Below are positions 10,331-21,105 of a stretch of DNA of 64,000 bases, one piece after another. The stretch is from the NCBI GenBank assembly GCA_001179505.1, contig CDMY01000033.1, positions 1 through 64,000 on the forward strand. Reading direction: 5' to 3'. The notes under the pieces are model-generated. The model was given only the letters and a program-made list of their open reading frames with translations, had not been told where the DNA came from and did no database searches. The position numbers and the translations under genes were made by a program. Numbering within the stretch: position 1 is the first letter of the stretch; each line of letters begins with the position of its first letter. This stretch comes from Vitrella brassicaformis CCMP3155. Lineage: Eukaryota; Protista; Chromerida.

Positions 10331-11241
10331 CTATTCATCCATTCGGACATCCCCCGCTGGCGGAGGGAGCACGACGGTCTCTACCCTTGGGCGCTTAGGG
10401 CGCTCTGAGCAATGTATGGCCTGGTCGATGGCCCGCTGGTTGAGGGCCGCCTCCCGTGTGGAGGGCTGTCGTGGGGGTGGCTGGGGTGGGGGCAGGGTCC
10501 GTCCCTCCTCCTGGGCCTTCCTCCGTTCCTCCTGTTTCCTCTTCTTCCTCTCTGCGGCCGCGGCTCTGCCTTGCGCAATCTTCTCCCGCAGTTCTTTCTC
10601 TCGTTTCCTCTTCTTTCGCTCTTCCGCCTCAGCCCTATTGCGTTCGATCCTCTCCTGCTGCTCACAGGTCAACCCTGGCTGGGTCCCCTGGGGCTCGTCC
10701 GTTTCCGTGGGGTCGTCCGGTTCCATGAGGTCCCCCAGTGATGACGGCGGCGATATCCAGCCGTCCGAGGCAGGGCCGTCGAACGGAGGCGTCACCCAGC
10801 CGTCTCCTGTGTCAGCTGGTGGTGAGGGTGGAGGCGTTCATTCCCCTTGGACTATCTTTCTGCCGGTGCGCTGCAGCACTGGTCGGCGGAGCGTGATTCG
10901 AGCGGCGTTGAGCTTCCGGGCTGGGAGGTCCCCAGGGATTGTCTCTGTGCGCGCGTGTATTGCGGATCGGCCTTTTTGGACATTGTCGCCTGTCGGGATC
11001 CTGCCAGTTGTGGCGGCTAGCCTCGCGGCTTCCCTTCGCAGACACTCATGCGGGTGTGGGGGGACGGATGGGTCCATGTCGCTGGGTGCTCGTGGGGTGT
11101 CCGACTGGCCCGCTGTGCCCTGTTTCGCCGCTATCCGCCGAGCCGTCTGCTCGCTCCGGCGTGCCCATGTGTTGGATCTTCCCACCTTGTATGCCAGTCG
11201 GCTGATGTCCAGCGACGTTCGCACGGCCCTGTTATGAAGTT
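10331..11241 (-). pseudogene. Probable LINE C-terminal extension with RPA32-binding-like helix and basic coiled coil
   Basis: Reached by one frameshift near the C-run at 11283-11289 (DATTAKWRALLVELHNRAVR...) and read through TGA at 10838 in frame into LTCEQQERIERNRAEAEERKKRK. Confidence 0.6.
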
Positions 11242-12327
11242 CTACGAGCAGCGCCCTCCACTTGGCTGTTGTGGCGTCCCGCGGGGGGGGACTAATAAAT
11301 GGATGACGCCTGTCGTTCCGATGAACACTTGCTCGCGGTTTGTCGGTGGTTCTTCAATGCTCTTCAGGACGTCTTCGTCTGAAGTGAAATGGACGTCGAT
11401 TGTCCTCAGGGTGCTCATTGTGGGCCGATCAATGATGTGAATGCGGCTCGGCTCTCCAATCCCCGCAAGGTCGCATTTGTATGTCTTGGATATGTCGGTC
11501 AGCAGTCTAGCAGCGAAGGCAAGCATGTCTTTCTGTCTGGCTGTTCGGACTTCGCAGAGCAAATCGTGCTGGCAGGTCAGAAGGAGGTGCGTGTGTGGCG
11601 CATCGCTCTGTGGGATGTGGGTATAGCAGACATTGCAGGTGTCGCGTGGTCCAGTGGTCCGTCCTTGTGGTGGCTCTGACCGTCGCGGGCGTCCGTCATC
11701 GTTCGATTCGTCGCTATCTTGTGAGGTATCCGATGAGTCCGCCAGGTCAGCCGCTCTACCTGTTTCCATGGCAATGTTGGCTCGCGTGGCGAATCGGGGT
11801 TTTGCCCCATGGCGTATCTCGAGTATCCGCGCCCTTTCGTCCACACATAATCCTCCTGCAGATGTCAGGCAGAGGTTTGCGATCCTGTCACCCTCGGAAG
11901 ATAACGCAAATCGGCGGGGGCTGCCTTCAGCTTGTTGCGATCGCATGGTATGGTATTCCAAGTATTCTGCTGCCACCTCTGCCGGTGTCAGTATGCGATT
12001 CGCTGTCGTCGTCGTCTTTGGCTGTCCCGCCAGGCCCCACTTCGTCGATCCAGGAGGGGGAATGCCGAGCCTCGTGAGGTCTATCATCGGGCTGCTACCG
12101 TCAAGGGTCCCCTTGCTCGCCAGTTTGTCGGCCTTTTCGTTTCCCTTTATCCCCGTGTGCGACGGGGACCAGTGTAGGGCTATGGGGCGTCCGTACCGTT
12201 CAGCAGCAACGATGATTAACTTGGCAGTTGAGGTCAGCGTGCGCTTTCGCATTCTCTGTGGCGCGTATAGCAGCTGATAGAGAAGATGGATGCTCGAGTG
12301 GCTGTCGATGAAGATGTGTACGTGGTG
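11242..12327 (-). pseudogene. LINE RNase H second half and CCHC zinc knuckle
   Basis: Same frame as 12328-15108, separated only by TAA at 12328-12330: HIFIDS...WSPSHTGIKGNEKADKLA; DTCNVC...HTHLLLTC. Confidence 0.9.
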
Positions 12328-15278
12328 TTAGCCCTCCTTTCCGGCGGTGTCGATCGCTCTCGCAAGCGCGGCAATCTCCGCGTGGCCCACGTGCGCCCAG
12401 GGTGGCAGTGCGTAGGCGAGGTTTGTCTCTGGGCTCGTGTCTTGTGAGTACACGCCCAGGACGCACCGGGCTCTGGCGTCAGGGTCAAAGTTGTTCTGGT
12501 GGTGGGAGCCATCCGAGAAAACGTGCGGGCCCTTGTATCCGCTGTAGGTGGGTTCAGGGGGTTGTGCCGGCCGCTGGAAGTGAGCCAGCCCTGCTTGTCC
12601 CAGCCAGAAGCCTACACTGCGTAGAGAAAGGTTCTCGTCTCTGCTCGTTCTGAAGCTCTTGCTCTTGAATGCCGTTTTCAGGCCTTCGGCCTTCGGCGCC
12701 TCGTGTCCCCCCAGGAGGTAGACAGCGATGCCAATCCGCCCCCTCAATGTCTTGCCTGCGAGGAGGTCGGTGTAGTCGATGTCTCCCCAGTATGTCAGTG
12801 GGAGAGACGATGAGTGTCCGCACTTGAGTTTCTGGCATTGTTGAGGGGCCGTGGCTGCCAGCCTGTCAAGCTTTTCGTCCACTATCGAGTCAAGCCGCGC
12901 AATCACCAGGACAAACGTCTCTCCGTCCTCCGTGAGGTGAGCAATCAGTGTATCGAGGAGAGGGAGTGTGTTGTTAAGTGTCTCATTGCATGCATCTATG
13001 GCCGTGTATTCTCGCACCAGTGTGTGTATGTGTGCGGGTGGTGCGAAGGCTGAGATATTGTCTCTTAGGTTTTGGTGCTCTATCTTGCTGTAGTATAGGT
13101 TAGCGTCGGGGAAAGCCTCTCGGAGGAGGGAGGAGTCCACGGCATGCTTTATGACGACTCCTTGCTCGGCTAGGGCCTCATTCAGGTGTTGGAAGAAGGC
13201 CCAGATCAGCTTGATTGGTCTCCCTCGTTTCGTGTGTGGTGTGGCCTTCTTGACCACGGCACACAGTGTCTCCTGGTTGGCCTGCAGTGGGGCGCTTGGC
13301 CTGCCCCCGTTCAGCTGTGTATTCAAGCGCTCGGCCACATACAGGGGGATGGACGCGATATAGCGTCCGTCTGCCTCATAGAAGGTCGCTCTTCCTGTCT
13401 CACTACAGATGTGGATCCGTTGGTCGCCAAAAGCCTCCATGTCGACGTCGAGGTCAGCGTGGGAGTGAAGGATCCTGTTTTCGTGCATAGGGAAGCTGAT
13501 GAGGTGCTTCGCGTTTTGCATGCTGCTGGCTGCATCTGCATCAGTTGCCTTCCCCTCGTCATCTCCAGTCTCTCCAGCAGGGGGGTTGTCTGGCGGTAGA
13601 ACGAACGCGTCCTGGTGGCCCTCTTGTTGGGCCTCCGGCGTGTCTCCCTCTTCTCCGTCTGCTGTAGTTCCCTGGTGGTTGTCGATCGGGCCGTCGTCCT
13701 CGCTCGTTGCCTTCACTCTTTGCCATCGTAGGTTGAGCTGCTGGTGTATCTGGCAAATATTTGTTAGGTATGGTGGAGGCTTGGCCGTGTCTCTGCTTAG
13801 GAGAGTGAGCAGCTCGATTGCCAAGGGGTCATTGGGGTCATTGATCAACCCTTGTAAGAAATCAGTACACCTCTCTATGTATGTGTACAGAGGGCTTTTT
13901 ATTCCCAGGCCTCCAAGGGACGCGGGGCTGCATAGGAGGTTTCGCGGCACTCCGGACCGTAGCCTGAGCATCCGCGCTACGCCTTTCAGAAACACATTCT
14001 GTAGTTTGAGGACCTGGCTGAGCGGTAAGATTGGCACACCTAGCTTGTAGCGCAGCATCCCGAGTAAGGACGATTCCATGTGTTGTATCTTCACCTCTAG
14101 GGTCGAGGTGGAGCAACACACGACCTGAAAGCGTTGTTCGATGGCGGCTTCCAGCTCCTCAAACAGGTGTTGCAGCTTGAGGCTGGCATCGATGGGAAAG
14201 CCCAGGTAGGGATATGTCTGCTCGCTTTCCAAGATGGGGCAGTTCTTCCATACGCTCGTGCTGAACTCTGCCAGCAGCTCTCCCTCGCTGTTCCAGAGGT
14301 CCCGTATGCTGCGTCCGCTCGGCGACCATCCAGTGATGCTGCTCTTTAGCGGGTTGATGACGAGGTGCATGGGCTGGGCCCGGAACGCCAGCAGCAGGAG
14401 AAGCTTGCGAAGTGCTACGATTCGGCGCGCTGGACAGGCCATGTCGTCCGCAAAAGGGTTGACACCCTTCCGTCGCCTTGTGTATCGGAGATGGATTGCC
14501 TCCGCGCTCGCGTTAATCTCCCGGACGATGGGGTCCAGGTAGAGGAGAAAGAGGAAGGGGGAGAGGGGGTCACCTTGTAGCAGGCCTTTTCGATAGGGTA
14601 TGCGGTCTGTTTTGCCAAACTCAGGGTGCGATATGCGTGTAGAGGCTGACGCCAGAAAGGTAGCTACCTGTGCAACCAGTGTCTCCGGGAAGCCCTGGCG
14701 TCTCATGATCTCAAGCAGGGTCTGATGGTCGACACAGCCGTACGCATCAAACAGGTCGATATACCCTATCCAAATCTCTTCCTCGTACGCCTGTGCGTCA
14801 GAGATAAGGTGCGCGAGCGTAGCAACTTGGTGGTGGCAAGATGAGTCAATGCGGAAGCCCTTATGCTGCTCAGCAATGATGCCGTGCTTCTCAGCGAGTT
14901 CTTTCGATTCAGCTTGGAGGGTCTTGGTGATGGCCTTGATAAATGGGTTTTGGGCTGATACCGGCCTCCAATTGCTCAGCTCGTGCGGGTCGTTCTTCTT
15001 GTATATATAGGAGGTTGTGGCTTCTCCAAGGACATGCAGGGTTGGCCTCCGTGGATCAAAATAAACAGTGCGTCCAGGAATGTCTCCATGACCACTGGCG
15101 GTGACCATTTCAGGATCTCCCCAGGCGTGTTGTCTGGTGTGGACTTGCCGTTGCCCAGCTTACCTATCGCTCGTTTAATAGCTTCCGGGCTCAGCCGGTC
15201 GGTTAAGGGGGGGGGGATGGGTAATTGTCCAGCTATAGGTTGGGCTGCTGCCCGTCCGCTAGGACAACGTCGAGCCAC
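12328..15278 (-). pseudogene. LINE reverse transcriptase region plus insert and first half of RNase H
   Basis: ORF 12328-15108 carries the RT core. The N-terminal RT subdomain (AIKRAIGKLGNGKSTPDNTPGEILK) is in ORF 14976-15278, with a frameshift near 15020-15045. Confidence 0.92.
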
Positions 15279-16765
15279 TCGAGCACGTCGGCGCTTGGGG
15301 GTGGAGGGTCATGTGCGTATTTCGCCTCGAAGCGATCGGACATCTCCCTCTGTAGTTCCTTAGGGCCGTTCGTCAGCGTTCCGTCTGCTCGTCGAAGCTG
15401 TGTCAGGTTCGTCGACCTTGAGACCTGCAGCTTGAATCTCTTGTTTGCTGTTTTCTGTGTCTCTTTGAACATGATCGAAGTGCGTCGTCCTGTGTCTCGG
15501 TCTGCTGCAGCGTTCTGCTGCTCGGTGAGCTTCTGCCGTTCTCAGACGTCAGACGACGAGCAGCAGCTGCCTCTGCAAGGGGAGGATGGGATGTCGCACA
15601 TCACGTCCGGCAAATTCGAGGTCGTCCGTCGCATCGAGGAGGGGAGAGACGGCAAGAACACGGGCATCTGGGTGACTGAGGTACTCGAGAAGCGGCAGTA
15701 CAGAGGAGCGGTGGCAGGGCTCCATGTGACTGCCGTACAGCTGCGGATGACGACCTCGGCCACCAAGCACGTGTTCGACACATCGCTGGATCGCCTTGAG
15801 GACTCTCTCAGCTGCCGGCTGGTCAAGGCGTTTCGGACCATCTTCTTGTTCATCCTGTGGGCATCTGATATGCGGGGCAAGGCGCTCTCGGAGAGCGCGC
15901 CGGGCGCGGCTGACGGCAGCTGGGCGGGGGACGAGAGTGTGCACCTGAAGGACAATCAGGAGGTGCTGATAACGATGCTGACGGATTTTCTCTCCTGGCT
16001 TCCAGTCGACACGCTGCAGGGAGTGCTGATCCGCATCATGGATGCGTCGACCACCAGATACGGCGACGAGCAAGGGGTCAACAACCGTCGCAAGGGTGTT
16101 GAGGTGGCCCTCCATTCCCTTGCTTCCAGATATGCTGCTCAGCACTGGTGCGTGAAACCGAGCGAGTGGCTGGGAGGTGTCGTGTCCATGATGCTCAACC
16201 GGCGATCTCGTCAACTCTCGCGCAACATGCTGACGGCTGTGCTCGATGTCCGCAGAGGTGCGGGAGGGGGGGTGAAGAGGCGGTTCCGACACGATCGGAA
16301 GAAGCCTCCCTTCATCCCCAGTGAGCTGGCTCTGAGGAAAGAGCGCGACAGCTATCTGTGTCTGACGTGGGATTCTGACGATGGGGCGTTGTCGCTGGGC
16401 AACGACTGGATGGCAGCTGAGCCGTTGAAGGCATATCGGACGGCGAGGGCGTCATCCCAGTGGTTCGAGAGCGTCTGGGTCAACATAGACAACAACACAA
16501 ATACATCGATTTTGTGGCACACCATCCTATCTGTGCTCCCAGAGGGCCTGGGAGCACAGATGGAAGGTGGTGTGCCTGTGTATTGTAGATCTGTGCTGTT
16601 GAGGGCGGATGGAGGCGAAAACAAGTCCTGAGGGCCTTTAAAGGCTAACAGAACTGTTTGGAAGTCTCTAGGGCCTCTCTTGTCCCTCTCCAGCAGCTGC
16701 CTGTGTGCAGCGACATACAAGAGACAGGGGACAGAAAGAGACAAGGGCAGTGCGATCGATAGAGA

Positions 16766-16885
16766 CATATGTGTGTGTGTGTCTGTGTGTGTGTGTGGGT
16801 GTGTGGGTGTGTCTGTGTGGGTGTGCGTGTGTGGGTGTGCGTGTGTGTGTGTGATGTGTGGGTGGGTGGGCCGGTGGGTATGTTT
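16766..16885. repeat. (GT)n-type microsatellite
   Basis: gtgtgtgtgtgtctgtgtgtgtgtgtgggtgtgtggg... Confidence 0.9.
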
Positions 16886-17134
16886 GTATGTATGTGTATC
16901 TGTATCAGGGAGCCGGTTGGTTGGTTACATGGATGGACAGAGAGACACACACATGGTGCATTCAATCGATTGGCGTGTCCATTATGCAAACACAACAAGT
17001 CTGATTTGTTGACACAAGACCGATACTTGAGAATAAGTCCGATTCACACGAGAACGTGTTCAGATTCTGTGAACGACGTGCTTCTGACCCGCTCAGACGT
17101 TCGGTTCGCGCCTGCTGGCACATCCACACATAAA

Positions 17135-17822
17135 ATCCCCGATCGCTGCGCGCCCGCTCCCCACGTCGGCCGTCTCCTGCTGGTCCTGGAGGTGTGGATG
17201 CCGAATGCCGAATGCCGAGTCGCAATGCGATGGTGAGTAACTCTCACCTCGCCTTGCGACAGATCACCGTGAGAAACGCCCCCGGGCCCTGCACAGCTCA
17301 GGGCCTGGGGCAACGCCCAGGCGGAACCTCCGCAGAGGGGAGCTGGCGGGTGGGAAAAACCAAAAGATCATCGACACCACAATGCGCGTCCACACGCTGA
17401 CGTGGACGCGCCATCAACGCGAGCCCGGCATCTGGGCCAAGGATCGCCCGGCGGCTCGCACTCGCGAGCAGGCTGCGAGTGCGAGAGGGAGCCCTCACCG
17501 CTCACGCTGCGCTCGGGGGATCCTACGCCACCGGACGAAACGTCCTCAAGGCTCCGAATCCCCGATCGCTACGCGCCCGCTCCCCGGGTCGGCCGCCTCC
17601 TGCTAGTCCTGGGGATGCGGATGCCGAATGCCGAATGCCGAGTCGCAATGCGATGGTGAGTAACTCTCACCTCGCCTTGCGACAGATCACCGTGAGAAAC
17701 GCCCCCGGGCCCTGCACAGCTCAGGGCCTGGGGCAACGCCCAGGCGGAACCTCCGCAGAGGGGAGCTGGCGGGTGGGAAAAACCAAAAGATCATCGACAC
17801 CACAATGCGCGTCCACACGCTG
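17135..17822 (-). repeat. Tandem array of the YR-element terminal cassette (B-spacer-A-B-spacer-A partial; about 423-bp period)
   Basis: Matches the A and B repeats at 20289-20780 and 28299-28514, with subfamily-specific differences (AAAAGATCATCG; lacks one GAGGGAGTGC). Confidence 0.9.
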
Positions 17823-18122
17823 NNNNNNNNNNNNNNNNNNNNNNNNNNNNNNNNNNNNNNNNNNNNNNNNNNNNNNNNNNNNNNNNNNNNNNNNNNNNNN
17901 NNNNNNNNNNNNNNNNNNNNNNNNNNNNNNNNNNNNNNNNNNNNNNNNNNNNNNNNNNNNNNNNNNNNNNNNNNNNNNNNNNNNNNNNNNNNNNNNNNNN
18001 NNNNNNNNNNNNNNNNNNNNNNNNNNNNNNNNNNNNNNNNNNNNNNNNNNNNNNNNNNNNNNNNNNNNNNNNNNNNNNNNNNNNNNNNNNNNNNNNNNNN
18101 NNNNNNNNNNNNNNNNNNNNNN
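17823..18122. other. Assembly gap (300 N)
   Basis: N run. Confidence 1.
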
Positions 18123-19544
18123 CGCCTTAATTTCGCCCTCACGCCAACAGCATCACACAGAGGTCCGCGTCAGAGTCCACATCATCAAGAGCACGGCAAA
18201 GAACAGACAGAGTCCGGGCTTACAACCGGGAAAACCCTGCTGGTGACGGGCACGCTATCGTCTCCCAGCGCCAGGGTGGAGATGGCAGGCACATCTCCCT
18301 CCGCTTCAGCAGCACTGCTCTACTCGTACGCTACTGTGCGGCGACAGGCACGTCCTCTCTCATCAGTGGCTCATCAGCAAAGAACTGCGCAAGCAGAGGC
18401 AGCGAGGGGCGAGAGGAAGAACAGCAAAGAAAAGCCAGGCAGCATCGCAGAGCGTTGGGCAACGGTCACACAAAACAACGCACACAAAGCTCGCCAACTC
18501 AACACATGAATGGATTGCGGGGCCCCGTGCGGTGACCTTTACGGAATGTGTGCACTCTACCTCACGTCAACCACGAGAGGTAAGAGGCCACACCCGTGAG
18601 AGGATATCGTTGCGAGGACCTGCACATCCAACACGGTATGTGAACATGAGTACACAATCATCACTCCCGCACCCTTGCCATGCTTGGTTGTGTGGTTTTC
18701 CAGAGTGCTGTGTCCATCTACACTCTCACACCAAACCAAGGCACTGTGGCCTACCTAGCGCGGTGGGGGAGGACACATGCCATCACCACCTACTCTCTGA
18801 CTGGGGAGATCTGTCCGTGTCATGCTCCATTCGTGTGTTTTCAGCGCATCAGTGTTGACGTCAACCCTGTCGATTGGTGGCCTCTTGAGGAGGACATGCA
18901 CTACCATATAGACTGGTATGTGTCCCAGCTACCACTGCTGTATCGGTTTTGGCGTGTATTCGCTGCCTCCATGCTGGTGTATGCAGACTAACCAACCCGT
19001 GTGTCGAGTGCTGTCTGTGGCGTCCCGCGATGGAGCACAGACCAACCACTTGATAACTGGTACACACCACACCAGTCATCGGATTCCCACCTACCTAACA
19101 CACTTACTCGTGCACCACACGCACCCTGACTGTCTGCTCATGTCTCTGTGTTGTGTTGTGGTGTGGTGTGACGTCAGAGGGGTGTCGTGTCACTTGAGTT
19201 GGGCCAACCCCCACGTGGGCTGCGTGTGGCCCCCTGCTCACATAGGGTACGTCATACATGCACACCTCACCCATCACACACACACATATCGGGGTACATG
19301 GGTGTGGACGGTTGGTTTGGTTGTGTGTGTGGTGTGCGGTGTGTGGTGTGGATGTGTGGTGTGGTGCGCAGGCGTATCTGTTTGGTTTTGTACGGACCAT
19401 ACGTGTGGTGCGATCGTTACCGTCAACAACATCTAACCCCAACGTTCTCTCGTCATCCCTCTCCCATCACCGGCACTCTCACCAACACACCAGACGCGGA
19501 AACGCAACGTGACGCTGCCCAAATCCCCCCACTTCCGCGATCTG

Positions 19545-19988
19545 ACACATGCATTTCGCGAACGCGGCGAAAGTGTAGTGAGTTCCCCCAGCCCGACGGA
19601 GGGGAATTTCATGTGTTTAACTGCGACCCCGAAGGAGACTCAGTCATTTATAGATCTAACGGCACGCGTCCGGCGGACCGTCTCTCCCTTCCCTCCCAGC
19701 TCGAGTTCAGGGGATGAACTCGTCATCGTCGTCTGGCTTCTTCCGCTTGCGTGACCGGTGCCCTCCGGCCTTGTCCGTCTTTCTCGTCTTTGCCGGCTGT
19801 GGATCTTCGTCTGCCAGCTGCTTCTGGCGTCCCTTGGCTGGTCGTTTCTCGCTCCGTTGTGGCTGCGCCGGCTGGCTGCGTCGTGTGTCCCTAGGCACGC
19901 TGCCCCACATGGCGCCGTCGCGTCCGAGGGAGTTGTAGAAGCGGCGTGCGGTGTCGAAGGACGGCTTGCCGTACAGGCGCACCATGCT
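19545..19988 (-). mobile_element. Truncated, diverged second copy of the YR C-terminus and 3' UTR
   Basis: Homologous to about 20950-21388 (SMVRLYGKPSFDTARRFYNSLGRDGAMW...DDDDEFIP), with substitutions and UTR indels. Confidence 0.9.
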
Positions 19989-20288
19989 NNNNNNNNNNNN
20001 NNNNNNNNNNNNNNNNNNNNNNNNNNNNNNNNNNNNNNNNNNNNNNNNNNNNNNNNNNNNNNNNNNNNNNNNNNNNNNNNNNNNNNNNNNNNNNNNNNNN
20101 NNNNNNNNNNNNNNNNNNNNNNNNNNNNNNNNNNNNNNNNNNNNNNNNNNNNNNNNNNNNNNNNNNNNNNNNNNNNNNNNNNNNNNNNNNNNNNNNNNNN
20201 NNNNNNNNNNNNNNNNNNNNNNNNNNNNNNNNNNNNNNNNNNNNNNNNNNNNNNNNNNNNNNNNNNNNNNNNNNNNNNNNNNNNNNNN
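19989..20288. other. Assembly gap (300 N)
   Basis: N run. Confidence 1.
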
Positions 20289-20379
20289 ACCGTGAGAAAC
20301 GCCCCCGGGCCCTGCACAGCTCAGGGCCTGGGGCAACGCCCAGGCGGAACCTCCGCAGAGGGGAGCTGGCGGGTGGGAA

Positions 20380-20595
20380 AAAACCAAAACATCATCAACA
20401 CCACAATGCGCGTCCACACGCTGACGTGGACGCGCCATCAACGCGAGCCCGGCATCTGGGCCAAGGATCGCCCGGCGGCTCGCACTCGCGAGGGCAGGCT
20501 GCGAGTGCGAGAGGGAGTGCGAGAGGGAGCCCTCACCGCTCACGCTCCGCTCGGGGGATCCTACGCCACCGGACGAGACGTCCTCAAGGCTCCGA
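20380..20595 (-). repeat. Split direct repeat A2
   Basis: Near-identical to 28299-28514. Confidence 0.95.
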
Positions 20596-20780
20596 ATCCC
20601 CGATCGCTGCGCGCCCGCTCCCCGGGTTGGCTGTCTCCTGCTGGTCCTGGGGATGCGGATGCCGAATGCCGAATGCCGGGTCGCAATGCGATGGTGAGTA
20701 ACTCTCACCTCGCCTTGCGACAGATCACCGTGAGAAACGCCCCCGGGCCCTGCACAGCTCAGGGCCTGGGGCAACGCCCA
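20596..20780 (-). repeat. Split direct repeat B1
   Basis: Repeated at 20289-20342 (partial), 17135-17319 and 17558-17742. Confidence 0.93.
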
Positions 20781-21105
20781 CGTCCCACCTCGCCCGCCGG
20801 GCCGAGAGAAGGGAGGTGCGGTGGTGTGAGGCGTAGGAGAAGATGGAGGAGAGGTGTGGAGTAGAGAGTGACCGGCCTGGTCTGTTTGGTTAGTTATTGT
20901 GTTTTTGGCTGTAATCCCGGAGGGGATCCTGGGGGCCGATGGGGGCTTTGCATGCATTTCGCGAACGCGGCGAAAGTGGAATCAGCCCGAGGGGAAATTT
21001 CATGTGTTTAGCTGTGACCCCGAAGGGGATCGGTGAGTCATTTATTTAGATAGATCTTAACGGCACGTGTCACGGACCGTCTCTCCCTTCCCTCCCAGCT
21101 CGAGT

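Larger units (their letters stand above)
10331..16696 (-). mobile_element. Decayed non-LTR retrotransposon (LINE): partial APE endonuclease - RT - insert - RNase H - CCHC - long C-terminal tail
   Basis: RT motifs NWRPVS, QKGFR-like QHKGFR, YIDLFDAYGCVDH, LLQGDPLSPFLF, FADD, YLG. RNase H motifs FSDGS, AE, FIDS, SHTGIKGNEKADKLA. CNVC...HLLLTC knuckle. APE-like KIDVFVLLS...SDNAP. Broken by at least 4 in-frame stops and several frameshifts. Ends not precisely defined. Confidence 0.93.

Noticed and set aside
15225-16631. 468-aa ORF on the + strand
   Set aside because: Antisense shadow of the GC-rich LINE coding strand; no recognisable motifs.
18123-19530. Possible exons or missing LINE 5' part between the YR fragments
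   Set aside because: No APE, gag or other motifs found; only short unconnected frames and microsatellites.
20289-21100. Self-cleaving ribozyme in the YR terminal repeats or 3' UTR
   Set aside because: No CUGANGA...GAAA hammerhead core or convincing HDV-like pattern found by eye on either strand; only simple hairpins.
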